A DNA stretch of 63,010 bases, filler included. It is 6 parts of 6 records of this genome, joined end to end, with 100 filler letters (N's around TTAATTAATTAA, not from the genome) between each part and the next. Parts side by side here need not be neighbours in the genome. Positions count along the whole stretch, not along the records: positions 29,655 to 38,243 come from SRR31156797_21330; positions 38,344 to 43,830 come from SRR31156797_21340; 4 more parts are not named here. The stretch is one strand, 5' to 3'. The position numbers were made by a program, and so were the translations under genes. Of the stretch, positions 30,599 through 42,160 are shown piece by piece. Below the pieces are notes generated by a model. That model saw nothing but the letters and a program-made list of their open reading frames with translations. It was not told the origin of the DNA and ran no database searches. Positions within the stretch are counted from its first letter, which is position 1. Each line of letters opens with the position of its first letter.

Positions 30599-30698
30599 AA
30601 AATAATCTTAAATTTTTCTTTTTTAATGCACAAAGAAAGCATCTGTTATTTTTTAAAAAACTCACTTTTCCTTTGAATTTCTTTATAATTCTAAATTT

Positions 30699-32573
30699 TT
30701 ATATAAATCTTGCTTGCTTTGTTTTAAGTTTCTCCTGATACATCTTTTGATCTGCAATCTCTACGAATTCATCCATTGTCCACTCTTCATCAAAATCATA
30801 CTGGACAATCCCGTGACTCATACTAATTTTATAGTCCTCTTTATACTCATTGATTTCATCTAACACTTCAAGAACTCTATCCCAAACCTCTTCTGCCTGC
30901 TCAGATGAACAGTTAGGCAGAATAATAAGGAATTCATCCCCACCAAGTCTGACAACTATATCAGAGTCTCTGGTAATTGTTTTTAGAACTTCAGCAGAAT
31001 CATTTATCAGGTCATCTCCTGCATTATGTCCGAATGTATCATTTACTTTCTTAAGACCATTTACATCTATAAAACAGATAGAAAGATCATTTTTGTATCT
31101 TTTTACATGTTTCATTCTTTTACTCAGCATCTGAAGCCCGACTCTTCTATTAAAAGCACCGGTCATAGGATCAAAAGTTGCCATCTCCTCCAGCTTTCTG
31201 GTCATCTCGATACGCTCTGTTACATCAGAACCGGTTATTAATATACTAAATTTATCATTATCTTCACTTAGGAATAAACAGTTCGGATATAGATGAAGTG
31301 TTTTTTCCGTTCCATCTAACAAATTAAATCCAATATCAATATCTTCATTATCCATACCAAGGAATACATTCTCGATATACTCTTTTAGCCAGCCTGTATC
31401 ATTTTCAGATACAAACTCATATATGTTTTTTCCTATAATCTCTTCTTTTTTTAACCCTAAAAATTTTGTCATAGCATTATTTATATCTATAAATTCACTT
31501 TTTTCATTTAAAACAAGATGAATCGCTGCCGATTCCTCATAAAGAGTTTTATACTTCTCTTCTCTCTTGGCAATTTCCATTCTAGCTACTTCCAAATTAT
31601 CAAGCATCGAGTTAATACCACTTTTGAGTTCAGCAAACTCGTCATTTCCTTCTATTCTTAACTGTTCACTTTTTTCCATTTTAGAAGAGATCGCTCTTAT
31701 CTCTTTCAAGAGTTTATTTATACTTTTCAGAACAGATTCTCTCAATAAATACGAACTCAACATAATGCTTGTCAACATCATAAGCAATAGTACAACTACC
31801 ATTTTCTTAACTGTTCTTTTCCCCAAACCATATACTTGTCTGTCAACTTTTGTTCTTAATACAAAGCTAGAACCTTTTTTCAAGCTTACAAACGCAGCAT
31901 TTAATTCTATTTCACGACCAATTTTAACTATAGGGTCTAAAGTCTCTTGCTCATCTACTAAAACAGCATAAGATAAATCTTCTCTTACTATTTCAGATAG
32001 TTCTCGCAAAAATTTAGTATTAATAAATCTTGCCATTACTAATGCTCCGCCTATCGCCTTAGTTTCGGAATCATCAACTATATGAAACTTTGAAACAATT
32101 AAGGGCTCATCGTCAAATACACATATTCCACTAAACCCTTGCTCATCAGCAGGTATTTCAAGTGATTTAAATCTGTTGATTAAATTTGCAGGAATCTTTT
32201 CTTCGGTTTCTTCTACTTTATTATACAAAGAGTTGTAAACTACTTCATTATTTAAATCAAGATAAAGTATCATATCAGCTCCTGTGCTTAGATACCCTAT
32301 TTCACTTAAGTTTGATATAGCATACTCCTCATTTCTATCTTTTGCAAAATGATAAGTATCACTCCAAACAGCCCAATCCAAGTTGGCCGAATAAAGATCT
32401 TGTACTTTTTCATCCATTACACCTTTTATTTCCAATAGTTTTGAGTTTGCAAAATCATCCTCAACTCTTTCAAATGAAGACATAACAAAAAAACTTATAT
32501 AGAGAATGAAAAATACAAAACTGATTATTGTAAATGCTACTCTAGAAAATATAAATTTATAGTATAATTTCAC
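30699..32573 (-). CDS. Diguanylate cyclase (CHASE4-HAMP-PAS-GGDEF)
   Basis: DWAVWSDTY (CHASE4), DEFAEL (HAMP), DPMTGAFNR, NDTFGH and RLGGDEF. Confidence 0.92.
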   Translation of the reverse strand: MKLYYKFIFSRVAFTIISFVFFILYISFFVMSSFERVEDDFANSKLLEIKGVMDEKVQDLYSANLDWAVWSDTYHFAKDRNEEYAISNLSEIGYLSTGADMILYLDLNNEVVYNSLYNKVEETEEKIPANLINRFKSLEIPADEQGFSGICVFDDEPLIVSKFHIVDDSETKAIGGALVMARFINTKFLRELSEIVREDLSYAVLVDEQETLDPIVKIGREIELNAAFVSLKKGSSFVLRTKVDRQVYGLGKRTVKKMVVVLLLMMLTSIMLSSYLLRESVLKSINKLLKEIRAISSKMEKSEQLRIEGNDEFAELKSGINSMLDNLEVARMEIAKREEKYKTLYEESAAIHLVLNEKSEFIDINNAMTKFLGLKKEEIIGKNIYEFVSENDTGWLKEYIENVFLGMDNEDIDIGFNLLDGTEKTLHLYPNCLFLSEDNDKFSILITGSDVTERIEMTRKLEEMATFDPMTGAFNRRVGLQMLSKRMKHVKRYKNDLSICFIDVNGLKKVNDTFGHNAGDDLINDSAEVLKTITRDSDIVVRLGGDEFLIILPNCSSEQAEEVWDRVLEVLDEINEYKEDYKISMSHGIVQYDFDEEWTMDEFVEIADQKMYQEKLKTKQARFI

Positions 32574-32764
32574 TCAAATCCTCTCCTTTTGTCCCTTTTT
32601 TTTGCGTACATACAATCATAACAGATTTTTTTCCTTATTGCAAAAAATAATCTATTACACACAAAAATAATACATTTATTGAAAACAACTATACTTTCCA
32701 TTCAAAATTCCTAGCTCAAAAATCAAATATAACATTATCAGTTTTTCATTATTTATTAAGTCAG

Positions 32765-32794
32765 AAAAAGGCACTTTAAAATTAAAGTACCTTT
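32765..32794 (-). terminator. Intrinsic terminator of the MCP gene
   Basis: AAAGGCACTTTAA/TTAAAGTACCTTT inverted repeat with a U-run on the minus strand. Confidence 0.7.
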
Positions 32795-32810
32795 CATTAT
32801 TATTATTCTA

Positions 32811-34994
32811 TTAAATTCTAAAAAATCCTACATCTTTTTTTAACTGTTCCACCTGATCAGATATCTCATTTACATCTTCTAATTTTTTATCCAGAATTTC
32901 TGATATCTTCTCTATCGAATCATAAGTTGAACTTGTTTTCTCTTCAATAGTAGTCGAACTATCTGCAATTGCTGACACAGCAACTGTAATCTCATCAGAA
33001 GCAATAATCTGTTCTTTAATAGACTCTGCTATATCTCTTATGTTCTCATCACTTCTTTTTATCGATTTTACTACCTGATCCATTGACGCTCTCACTTCTT
33101 CTGTTACGCTCAATCCCTCATCAACGTTTTTCGTAACCTCTTCATTTGCATTTTTTACATTTCCTACTTCATTTTGAATCTCAACTATCACTCTTTCAAT
33201 TTTACCGGTTTCATCATTTGTTCTCTCGGCCAGTTTTCTGATCTCTTCTGCAACTACAGCAAATCCTCGTCCGGCTTCTCCAGCTCTGGCAGCCTCTATA
33301 GCCGCATTTAGCGCTAATAGATTTGTCTGATCAGACAATCCGTTAATAGCTTCCAGAATATTACCTATATTAGATGAAAGAGTTCCCAGGTTATCTATTT
33401 TTGAGTTTGCATTATCTACACTTACATTAATAGTAGAGATACTTTGCTCCATTCTACCTATATTACTAATTCCAACACTTGCATTCTCAACTGACTCTTT
33501 CGAATCTTTAAGTGCTTCATTTGTAGTTTCACCAATATTTCTGGCAGTAGCTGAAATCTCCTCTAATCCGGCTAAAGATTCTTCTGAACTGGCAGTTTGA
33601 TTCCTAACGCTGTCCATTACTTCTCCCATAAAATCTTTAAGTTGATAGATTCCATCCTCCAGATAATCACTTCCTGAGATATTTTCATTTACTTCGTTAC
33701 CCTTTACTATATTCTCCATTGTCATAGCCAGAAGACCGTTACTTCCAACTACTTCATCAGTAACTGAGACTACTTTCGAAATAATATTACTAACTTTTTC
33801 CGTTTTATTATTAAGCGAAGAAGCTATCGCTCCCAATTCATCTTTTCCGCCAATATTTAATCTCTTAGAGAAATCTCCTTCTGCAAGTTCATTAATTCTA
33901 TCTGTAATGTCCGAGACTCTTTTTAGCATTAAATCTACAGCTACTTTAATAATAACACCTGATACAATCAAACTAATCAGAGAAATTATTAAAATTGTTC
34001 TTGTTGTTTTCTTTACTCCTATTAACAAGTCCTTTTCATATGTAGTAAAAGTTACTAACCAATCTGTATTTTCTTCAATTTCTATATATCCAAGTTTTTT
34101 ATAGCTTCCCTCTCCTTGTCTTGAATAGTGGTAGCTAACATCGCCTGTTCCTTGAGCATAAAATTTTGCAATTAAATCCTCTTCCGTTTCCGAATCAAGC
34201 AATTGAACTTTTTTACCGACCAATTCAGGGTTTGGATGTGCAATCAACAGACCTTCTCTATCAAAAACAACGTTATATGCTAAATCATTAGAATCAGCGT
34301 AAAGTGTATTATTCAAAATCTCCAGTTGTTTTAACTCCGTTTGTTCTAACTCTTTATTAATATTATCTATATACTCACCTGTACCGATTATCCAACCCCA
34401 AGGTTCAAAGTATTGAGTTCTCCCTAACTTCGGCGATGGTTCTGATTCACCTAATTTAGGAAACCAGTATGTTACATATGTAGATCCATTTTTCACAGCT
34501 CCATCAACTAACTCTTTAACTAGTCTCGTACCGTTAACGTCCTTTATATCAGCTCGGTACATCCCTTCTTTCTGAGGTGCTCCCGGTAGTACCTGCAAGA
34601 TATAATCTTTATCATCCATCCAGAAGTAACCACCATTACCATATCTAAGTCCTCTGATAGCCTTTTTTGCTTCTTCTCGCGCTTCGGCTTCACTCATCTC
34701 ACCATTTTTATATTTATCATAATAAAACTGTAATACACTTATTCCATTCTCAACATGTTCTTTTAACCTTTTTCTTACTACGGCTTCCTTTTCAGCTTTC
34801 ATTTGAGTCATACTCTCCTGCATGTTTCCAATTGAGGCAATAGTTTTCTTAACCTCAGACTGATTCATCTCCATCTGCTTACTTAGGATTTCACCTCTGT
34901 TAATCTTAATTACACTAAAAACTATTACACTAAAAATTACTACAGTTATCAGTAACATTACACTAACAACTTTGCTAGACAATGACTTAAACAT
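32811..34994 (-). CDS. Methyl-accepting chemotaxis protein (Cache_2-type sensor, HAMP)
   Basis: Two TM helices; [18 protein letters not shown] (Cache_2); [43 protein letters not shown]. Confidence 0.96.
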   Translation of the reverse strand: MFKSLSSKVVSVMLLITVVIFSVIVFSVIKINRGEILSKQMEMNQSEVKKTIASIGNMQESMTQMKAEKEAVVRKRLKEHVENGISVLQFYYDKYKNGEMSEAEAREEAKKAIRGLRYGNGGYFWMDDKDYILQVLPGAPQKEGMYRADIKDVNGTRLVKELVDGAVKNGSTYVTYWFPKLGESEPSPKLGRTQYFEPWGWIIGTGEYIDNINKELEQTELKQLEILNNTLYADSNDLAYNVVFDREGLLIAHPNPELVGKKVQLLDSETEEDLIAKFYAQGTGDVSYHYSRQGEGSYKKLGYIEIEENTDWLVTFTTYEKDLLIGVKKTTRTILIISLISLIVSGVIIKVAVDLMLKRVSDITDRINELAEGDFSKRLNIGGKDELGAIASSLNNKTEKVSNIISKVVSVTDEVVGSNGLLAMTMENIVKGNEVNENISGSDYLEDGIYQLKDFMGEVMDSVRNQTASSEESLAGLEEISATARNIGETTNEALKDSKESVENASVGISNIGRMEQSISTINVSVDNANSKIDNLGTLSSNIGNILEAINGLSDQTNLLALNAAIEAARAGEAGRGFAVVAEEIRKLAERTNDETGKIERVIVEIQNEVGNVKNANEEVTKNVDEGLSVTEEVRASMDQVVKSIKRSDENIRDIAESIKEQIIASDEITVAVSAIADSSTTIEEKTSSTYDSIEKISEILDKKLEDVNEISDQVEQLKKDVGFFRI

Positions 34995-35360
34995 TCTCCC
35001 TCTCCTCCTGAAAATATTTTGTTCAAACAGATTATTTCTTTACTCCCATATCAAAACCCTTATAATTAAGTATACTAACAAATTCTTCACATGTTAGTCA
35101 ATATTTTTTTGTCCGTTTTAATCAGAATAGTATCAAACAATAACTATACACAGATTATATTGTTAACTTTTTAATTGCATTATTTCTAAATAAACAGTTA
35201 TAATTTACCTTTAGATTTCCGATCAAAACTGTAAACAAATTACTATTTTCAAACACTTTTCCCATAAATAGTTATTTTATTCACTTTTAAACTTCTGTAA
35301 TTTTCAACTAATTCATTTTAGTTATTCTATTCAAAATAAGATACATAAATCAAACAAAAT

Positions 35361-35398
35361 AAAAAAGCTGCAAAAAACACATTTGTTTTTCACAGCTT
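35361..35398 (-). terminator. Terminator after lrgB
   Basis: AAGCTG-C-AAAAAACA/TGTTTTT-CA-CAGCTT hairpin with a U-run on the minus strand. Confidence 0.65.
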
Positions 35399-35466
35399 AT
35401 ATTAAAATTGATTAATTAAGTTTTTTAATTTCCGTACATTAATTCCTCTCATGTTTTTTAACAAAA

Positions 35467-36156
35467 CTAGAATAAAATTTTTATTAAATACGGAATGATT
35501 ATTACAGTTACAAGTCCAGTTAAACCTATTGCAAGTCCACTCATAGCTCCTTCTATTTCGCCCATTTCCATTGCCTTAGTTGTACCAAGAGCATGTGATG
35601 ATGTGCCAATTGCTATTCCTTTTGCTACTTTACTTTTAATTCTAAAAAGAGTCAGGACTATAGGGGAAAAAATTGCACCAAAAGTTCCTGTTATTGCAAT
35701 AGCTAAAATAGTAATCGAAACCTCTCCATTAAAAGTAGAGGAGATACTCATCCCAATAGGAGTTGTGATAGATTTTGGTAAAAGAGATATAGTTAACGTC
35801 TCATCAAACCCAAACATCTTCGCCATAAAATAAACTGATATAACAGCAGTAAATGAACCGGCGACAATCCCTCCCATAATTGCAACAATGTGCTTTTTCA
35901 AAAGCTTCGATTGTCTATATAAAGGAAGTGCAAGTGCTACAGTTGCAGGCCCCAATAAAAATGTTATATACTTCCCCCCTACATTGTATGATTCAAAGGG
36001 AATCTCAAATTTAAGGAGTACAAATATAACAATCGTCATTGCTATCAGCAGTGGATTTAACACTGAATATGGAAACCTCTTATATATCATTTTACCGATT
36101 TGAAAAGTCACAATAGATAATAAAATCCCAAATGATGGTGTGCTAAACAAGTCCAT
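35467..36156 (-). CDS. lrgB: LrgB family protein
   Basis: LLGPATVALALPLY, LPKSITTPI, GTSSHALGT. Confidence 0.93.
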   Translation of the reverse strand: MDLFSTPSFGILLSIVTFQIGKMIYKRFPYSVLNPLLIAMTIVIFVLLKFEIPFESYNVGGKYITFLLGPATVALALPLYRQSKLLKKHIVAIMGGIVAGSFTAVISVYFMAKMFGFDETLTISLLPKSITTPIGMSISSTFNGEVSITILAIAITGTFGAIFSPIVLTLFRIKSKVAKGIAIGTSSHALGTTKAMEMGEIEGAMSGLAIGLTGLVTVIIIPYLIKILF

Positions 36157-36506
36157 TATTTCTCACCTCTTTTTAGTAGTAACTGAACTACCCAGCCAGT
36201 TACACCCATTGTTAATATCGTAGATGCTACACATATAATAAGTAATTGCACCCATGAGTCTTTTAATATATCAAGTGCCGTAATAAGTGAAGCTCCTGCC
36301 GGAACAAATAAAAATGCTAAGTTAATAAGAATAACACTTATCACTTTCTCAACATCCTCAGGTTTTATCACTTTAAAAGTCAGTAATAAAAATAGCAGTA
36401 CAAAACCAATTACGTTTCCCGGAATAGGTATATCTAAAATATGTTGAATAATATCACCCAGATAGTTCAATCCGAGAATTATTCCAAACTGTTTTATAAT
36501 ATTCAT
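36156..36506 (-). CDS. CidA/LrgA family protein
   Basis: PIPGNVIG and FLFVPAG; stop overlaps the lrgB start. Confidence 0.92.
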   Translation of the reverse strand: MNIIKQFGIILGLNYLGDIIQHILDIPIPGNVIGFVLLFLLLTFKVIKPEDVEKVISVILINLAFLFVPAGASLITALDILKDSWVQLLIICVASTILTMGVTGWVVQLLLKRGEK

Positions 36507-36653
36507 AGTTTTTCTCCCCTTCTATTTTACTATTTATATAGTATAAACAAGTAAAATTATACCATAATATCCGTAATAAAAGAAGCTTCTCTTATGAAAA
36601 TAGGGTATAATATAATATTAAATAAAATTCGCATAATCAAAGGAGGATATACT

Positions 36654-38000
36654 ATGAATAAAACCATCGTCGTAATAGGTGGTGGAGCAGGTGGAATGAC
36701 TACAGCTGCTCAACTAAAGAAACTAAGCCCCGCTACAAGAGTTGTTGTTTTCGAGAGATCAGCATATGTTTCTTGGGCAGGTTGTCCCACACCATACTAT
36801 ATAGCTGAAAAACTACCATTTGATAGTGTAGTTCATTTTTCTCCTAACTTCTTCAGAGAAAGAGGTATTGAGATATACACTAAACACGAAGTTAAAAAAA
36901 TTAATTTTGAAGAGAATAAATTAATTATAAATGGGGAAGAGATTAGCGGAGAATTTGAGTATGACGAATTAGTACTAAGCCTCGGAGGAAAACCTATTGT
37001 TCCTCCATTTAAAGGAATCGAGGAGAAACCAGAGGGTTTATTTAAACTATCACATGCAAATGATGCTGTAGAGATAAAAGAGTATATTGATAATAAGAAA
37101 CCCAAAAGGGCTGTAATAATAGGTGGAGGTTTCATAGGAATTGAGATGGCGGAAAGTTTTACTCTAAGGGAAGTTAAAACAACTGTTGTTGAAATGCAGG
37201 ATAAGATTTTCCCTAATACATCAAAAAGAATCAGAGAAGCAATATACAATAAAATGGAAGAAAAAAATATAAACCTCTTATTAAACAAAGAAGTAAGCGA
37301 AATTTTATCATCAAACGGCAAAGTTAAAGGTGTTAAATTCAAAGACGGAGAAACACTAAAAGCTGATATTATTCTAATGGCAATCGGAATAAAACCAAAT
37401 ACCGACCTCCTTAAAAATTCAAACTTTAATTTTGATGAAAACGGAAGAGTTGCAGTAAATGAGTATTTAAAAACAAGTTATGATAACGTTTATGCTCTTG
37501 GTGATCTTATTTTTAATAAAAATCAAATTACAGGTGAGCAGGTTTACGCACCATTTGGCGATGTCGCTGATAAGCAGGGAATAATTTTATCGAAAACTTT
37601 AAGTGAAACAAGGAGAACAAAATGGAAGGGAGTCATAGGAACTTCCGCATTCTCGTTCTTTGATCTGAAAATAGCCAGAACAGGTTTAACACTAGAGCAG
37701 GCATTAGAGAGAGGCTATACCGCCAAATCAGTGCGAGTCAACGGATTAGCGCGGGTATCAGGTTTTGAAAACACCAAACCCGGAGAGATGGATATAGTTT
37801 ACGACTCTGATATGAACAAAATATTGGGAGCTGCTATGATAGGCTCGGAAGCTATTGCGCAATTTATAGATCAAATAGCTATTGCAATAACTTTTAAAAT
37901 AAGCATAGAAGATTTCTTCGATATTGACTTCGCATATTCTCCAACTAACTCTACAGTTTGGAATCCTATGCTGGCAGCTTACAGAAGAATTATTAAATAA
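36654..38000 (+). CDS. NADH oxidase / CoA-disulfide reductase family flavoprotein
   Basis: IGGGAGG (FAD), single redox Cys in SWAGCPTPY, IGGGFIGIE (NAD), YALGD, DFAYSP; start ATG 36654 after SD AAGGAGG. Confidence 0.9.
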   Translation: MNKTIVVIGGGAGGMTTAAQLKKLSPATRVVVFERSAYVSWAGCPTPYYIAEKLPFDSVVHFSPNFFRERGIEIYTKHEVKKINFEENKLIINGEEISGEFEYDELVLSLGGKPIVPPFKGIEEKPEGLFKLSHANDAVEIKEYIDNKKPKRAVIIGGGFIGIEMAESFTLREVKTTVVEMQDKIFPNTSKRIREAIYNKMEEKNINLLLNKEVSEILSSNGKVKGVKFKDGETLKADIILMAIGIKPNTDLLKNSNFNFDENGRVAVNEYLKTSYDNVYALGDLIFNKNQITGEQVYAPFGDVADKQGIILSKTLSETRRTKWKGVIGTSAFSFFDLKIARTGLTLEQALERGYTAKSVRVNGLARVSGFENTKPGEMDIVYDSDMNKILGAAMIGSEAIAQFIDQIAIAITFKISIEDFFDIDFAYSPTNSTVWNPMLAAYRRIIK

Positions 38001-38062
38001 AAAATTTTCAAATTTATTTTTCCTTAAGTATAAATAATCTTAATTACAGCTAATTTTTTACG

Positions 38063-38108
38063 AATTCGCAAGACTTTGATTTTCAGAGCTTTGCGAATTT
38101 TATTTTTC
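38063..38108 (+). terminator. Terminator-like hairpin
   Basis: AATTCGCAAGACTTTGA/TCAGAGCTTTGCGAATT followed by a T-rich tract. Confidence 0.65.
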
Positions 38109-38146
38109 ATTTTTTATAAAAAGGTAAATATTTCTTTAAAAATCTG

Positions 38147-38175
38147 TTGACAAATTTTTACCCCCATGGTATTAT
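38147..38175 (+). promoter_or_regulatory. Sigma-70 promoter of the tRNA gene
   Basis: TTGACA-17 bp-TATTAT with an extended -10 TG and an AT-rich UP region. Confidence 0.88.
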
Positions 38176-38214
38176 TATACTCGCCTCAAGGGAAAGAGGC
38201 AAAAACACATAAGT

Positions 38215-38243
38215 CGGAATATAGCGCAGCCCGGTAGCGCACC
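38215..38243 (+). tRNA. 5' fragment of a tRNA, probably tRNA-Pro (anticodon not in window)
   Basis: CGGAATA-TA-GCGC-AGCCCGGTA-GCGC: acceptor 5' strand starting CGG plus D-arm; strong promoter upstream. Confidence 0.82.
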
Positions 38244-38343
38244 NNNNNNNNNNNNNNNNNNNNNNNNNNNNNNNNNNNNNNNNNNNNTTAATTAATTAAN
38301 NNNNNNNNNNNNNNNNNNNNNNNNNNNNNNNNNNNNNNNNNNN
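38244..38343. other. Artificial contig spacer
   Basis: 44 N + TTAATTAATTAA + 44 N. Confidence 0.99.
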
Positions 38344-38344
38344 T

Positions 38345-38536
<192 letters not shown>

Positions 38537-38559
38537 TTATACAATTATATACTGTTTAG

Positions 38560-38588
38560 AAAGGGATGCCATTGGGTGTCCCTTTTTT
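38560..38588 (+). terminator. gap terminator
   Basis: AAAGGGATGCC-ATTG-GGTGTCCCTTT plus T-run. Confidence 0.85.
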
Positions 38589-38746
38589 ATTAAAGGATTA
38601 AGGGATTAAGGGCTGAAGGACTGATGGGTTGAAGAAATGAGGTATGAATCTTATGTGTTTTTAGGCTTAAACATTATATCAAGCTCCAACCGGTATTTTT
38701 TCTTAGGTTAGCATTTAATTCCAAAACATTAAACGTTAAACAACAT

Positions 38747-39994
38747 TTATTCATACCGAAGTGATTCGATGGGGTCCAACCTGGAGGCTTTGCTGGCCGG
38801 ATAGTATCCTGAAATTACTCCAACGATAAAACAAAGAATAACTCCCCAGAAGATCCAGTTCCAGGGAATAAAGAAGGGTGAGTTTATTAATTTAGCGACA
38901 CCGTTTCCGGCAAGTATTCCAAGTATTATTCCCACAAATCCTCCAATTTGGCTAATTACAATAGCCTCAACCAGAAATTGCTGCTTTACCGTTGAACTTC
39001 GTGCACCAATAGCCTTTCGAATACCAATCTCCCTGGTACGTTCGGTTACCGATACCAACATAATATTCATTAAACCAATAGCTGCCCCAAACAAGGTAAT
39101 TAAGCCAATTATGGAGGCAACCAGCGTTATATTTTTTATGTTTTCCAGTAAAATATTGGCAAGGTTATCACTTTTTTCAATGTTAAAATCGGTTTCATCA
39201 AGCGGATCCAGGTCGCGAACAATACGAAAAGTAGCTTCAGCCTGACCAGTTGCTGCATCCAACAATTCACCCCTGTCCACTTTTATTTGAATATCGAAAT
39301 TCATATTCGGACGCGAAAAGTAGTTTCGCGAGTTAGAATAAGGAATAAAACAAACCATATCAGAGTTCATTCCAAAACCACTACCCTTTTCTTTTAATAT
39401 ACCAACAACCTTATATTTTCCACTTCCAACGCTAATTACTTTTTGTAACGGATTCTCGCCTCCTTTAAATAAGGTTTTGGCCAATTGGCTTCCAAGTAAA
39501 ACCACACTTCTTCCTGAGCCAATATCTTGTTCGCTGAAACTGCGCCCCTTGTCGATGGCATACCCTGAAGTAGCCAGGTAATTCTCATCAATACCCCGAA
39601 CAGAGATATTGGGATTGGTTTTTTCCGATTCGTATTTTAATGTTGCAGTTCCGGTTGAATAAACAGAGATTGCCGTTGTTGCCGGAAAATCAAACATTTC
39701 CTTAAATTCACGAGCTTGATAGTACGAAATATAAGCATGATTTTTTGTGCGGTACCGATTGCTCCCCACCTGAACCCGCATACCTCTGCTTGTTATTGTA
39801 AATGTATTTGACCCCATTGATGCAAATTCTTTTGTAATCGAATTTTTTATGGAATCAATAGCCGTTAGAATTCCAACCAAAGCAGTAATTCCTACGGCAA
39901 TAATAAGAACAGTTAAAATTGTTCGCAGCAAGTTGCTTTTAACCGAAGCAAAGGCAACGCGCATGTTTTCATAAAATAAGGTAGTCGAACGCAT
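38747..39994 (-). CDS. MacB/FtsX-family ABC permease
   Basis: [26 protein letters not shown] and [19 protein letters not shown]. Confidence 0.94.
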   Translation of the reverse strand: MRSTTLFYENMRVAFASVKSNLLRTILTVLIIAVGITALVGILTAIDSIKNSITKEFASMGSNTFTITSRGMRVQVGSNRYRTKNHAYISYYQAREFKEMFDFPATTAISVYSTGTATLKYESEKTNPNISVRGIDENYLATSGYAIDKGRSFSEQDIGSGRSVVLLGSQLAKTLFKGGENPLQKVISVGSGKYKVVGILKEKGSGFGMNSDMVCFIPYSNSRNYFSRPNMNFDIQIKVDRGELLDAATGQAEATFRIVRDLDPLDETDFNIEKSDNLANILLENIKNITLVASIIGLITLFGAAIGLMNIMLVSVTERTREIGIRKAIGARSSTVKQQFLVEAIVISQIGGFVGIILGILAGNGVAKLINSPFFIPWNWIFWGVILCFIVGVISGYYPASKASRLDPIESLRYE

Positions 39995-40205
39995 TTAGCT
40001 AAATTTATTTGCAAGATAAAGATAATTTCTTCTGTAACCTGCTCTATACGAATTTATATAATTGGTACAGAATAAGGCAAAAAAATTACCAAATCCAATT
40101 TAAAAAAAAACATGCTTTGAAAGTTAGCCAAATAATAAAACATCAATTATCTAATTACCAAAAAATTACCGTATATTCGCCCACTTGAAATTAGAAACAA
40201 GTAAA

Positions 40206-40817
40206 ATGGCAAATTTCGATTTAAAAGACGATTTACAGAAATTTAGTTATGCCTTAGGAATGAGCATTTCGGCAAACTTAATCCAATCGGGGGTTAAAAC
40301 CGTTAATCCTGAAGCTTTTATTACCGCATTAAAGGATGTGTTTTCGGGTGTACCTCCACAAATTAAACCAGAAGAAGCTAACCAGATTTTAGAATCTTTT
40401 ATGGCCCAATCGCAGGCAGGAGAAGGAAGCAAAAACCTGGAAGAAGGATTAGCTTTCCTGGCAGAGAATGTTAAAAAAGAAAGTATAATTGAGTTACCTA
40501 GTGGCCTACAATACGAAGTAATTTCGGAAGGAGAGGGAGATTTACCAACAGCCACCGACCAGGTAAAATGCCACTACCACGGTACTTTAATTGACGGAAC
40601 TGTTTTCGATAGTTCGGTTGAAAGAGGACAACCAGCTACATTCCCGGTAAACGGGGTAATTCAGGGATGGGTTGAAGCTTTACAATTGATGTCGGTTGGA
40701 TCGAAATGGCGTTTATTTATTCCATCGGAATTAGCTTATGGGCAAAATGGTGCAGGAGGTGCTATCGGCCCAAATGCAACTTTAATTTTTGAAGTAGAAT
40801 TATTGGATATTGTTTAA
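40206..40817 (+). CDS. FKBP-type peptidyl-prolyl isomerase (FklB-like)
   Basis: [33 protein letters not shown]; likely ATG at 40206. Confidence 0.95.
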   Translation: MANFDLKDDLQKFSYALGMSISANLIQSGVKTVNPEAFITALKDVFSGVPPQIKPEEANQILESFMAQSQAGEGSKNLEEGLAFLAENVKKESIIELPSGLQYEVISEGEGDLPTATDQVKCHYHGTLIDGTVFDSSVERGQPATFPVNGVIQGWVEALQLMSVGSKWRLFIPSELAYGQNGAGGAIGPNATLIFEVELLDIV

Positions 40818-40866
40818 TCATAAAATTCATCAAGTCGTTAATTGACTGAAAAAAAACTTTTTTATA

Positions 40867-41577
40867 ATGAAAAATACGATTCTTTATTTATTGGTAGCTG
40901 GTTTACTTGTTGCTGCAACTTCATGTCAACAAGGAGGAACTTCAAATACAAAATTAGAAACAAGTGCAGACTCTGTGAGCTACGCAATTGGCATTTTAGT
41001 TGGATCGAACAACAAAAAACAACTTGAAAGTGCTCCCGGATCAGATGAAATGAACCTTACACTCATGGCTGAAGCATTCAGAAGTGTTTCTCTTGGCGAA
41101 GAGGCAAAAATATCTGAGGAAGATGCAAATTCGATAGTTCAGATGTATTTCCAGGACGCAAGTCAACGTGAGGCTCAGGAAAACCTTGAAGCCGGCAATA
41201 AATTTCTTGAAGAGAATAAAGCTCGCGAAGGGGTCTTTACAACTGAAAGTGGGTTACAATATGAAATTCTGACCGAAGGAACGGGAGAAAAGCCAACTGC
41301 ATCGGATCGTGTACGTGTACATTATCACGGAACATTAATTGACGGAACTGTATTCGATAGTTCGGTTGAAGATGGAAAACCTGCAGTATTCGGAGTCGGA
41401 CAAGTAATTAAAGGATGGACAGAAGTACTTCAGTTAATGCCGGTTGGATCGAAATGGAAAGTATTTCTCCCTTCCGATCTTGCTTACGGTCCTCGTGGAG
41501 CTGGTGGCGATATTGGTCCTAATTCAGCACTTATTTTTGAAGTTGAATTATTAGAAATTGTAAAAGAAGGCAAGTAA
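40867..41577 (+). CDS. FKBP-type PPIase, lipoprotein
   Basis: Lipobox [17 protein letters not shown] domain; tandem paralog of the upstream gene. Confidence 0.95.
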   Translation: MKNTILYLLVAGLLVAATSCQQGGTSNTKLETSADSVSYAIGILVGSNNKKQLESAPGSDEMNLTLMAEAFRSVSLGEEAKISEEDANSIVQMYFQDASQREAQENLEAGNKFLEENKAREGVFTTESGLQYEILTEGTGEKPTASDRVRVHYHGTLIDGTVFDSSVEDGKPAVFGVGQVIKGWTEVLQLMPVGSKWKVFLPSDLAYGPRGAGGDIGPNSALIFEVELLEIVKEGK

Positions 41578-41599
41578 TACATATTATCATTGTTAATAA

Positions 41600-41637
41600 A
41601 AACCCGTTGTCAATTTTATGGCAACGGGTTTCTTTTT
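41600..41637 (+). terminator. Terminator after the FKBP pair
   Basis: AAACCCGTTGTCA/TGGCAACGGGTTT plus T-run. Confidence 0.8.
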
Positions 41638-41676
41638 ATAATTTTGCTTTGTACACGATAATTTAAGATACAAAAT

Positions 41677-42048
41677 ATGGCATTAAGTGTTAAAGGAAGA
41701 GTTCAGCAAATATTAAAACCTGAATCAGGAACAAGTAAAGCAGGAAAAGAATGGACAAAACAAGAATTTGTTATTGAAACAGATGAGCAATACCCACGCA
41801 AAGTTTGTTTTACTTTGTTTGGAGAAAAAACAAGTTTGGTAAATGGAATCTCTGCAGGAGAAGAAGTTGAGGTATCCTTTAATGTAGAATCGCGTGAATA
41901 CAATGGCCGTTGGTTTCATAATATTAATGCCTGGAAGATTGACAAAGTAACTGCGGACCAGGGAATACCAGCACCACCTCCTGAATTTGGAATGGACGAT
42001 ATTCCGCCAGAACCAGCGGATGATGCAGCAGGAGATCTGCCGTTTTAA
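41677..42048 (+). CDS. DUF3127 OB-fold (SSB-like) protein
   Basis: WTKQEFVIET..QYP, SREYNGRWF...AWKI and SSB-like acidic tail DLPF. Confidence 0.9.
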   Translation: MALSVKGRVQQILKPESGTSKAGKEWTKQEFVIETDEQYPRKVCFTLFGEKTSLVNGISAGEEVEVSFNVESREYNGRWFHNINAWKIDKVTADQGIPAPPPEFGMDDIPPEPADDAAGDLPF

Positions 42049-42076
42049 AGGATTAATAAAAAGATTAATGATAATG

Positions 42077-42107
42077 AAATGCTGCCTGTCCTGGGTGGCA
42101 TTTTTTT
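42077..42107 (+). terminator. Terminator after the DUF3127 gene
   Basis: AAATGCTGCCT/GGGTGGCATTT plus T-run. Confidence 0.75.
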
Positions 42108-42160
42108 AAGCGTCGCCACATTTTATCCTATTCTTGACATAAGACAAATTTCATACAAAA

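Noticed and set aside
38590-38745. Degenerate 7-8-nt tandem units (AAGGGATT-like, TTAAAC-like) after gap
   Set aside because: Short low-complexity intergenic sequence with no spacers; not CRISPR.
40206-41577. Near-identical DNA segments in the two FKBP genes as a repeat element
   Set aside because: Explained by conserved domains of the usual tandem FKBP paralog pair in Bacteroidota.
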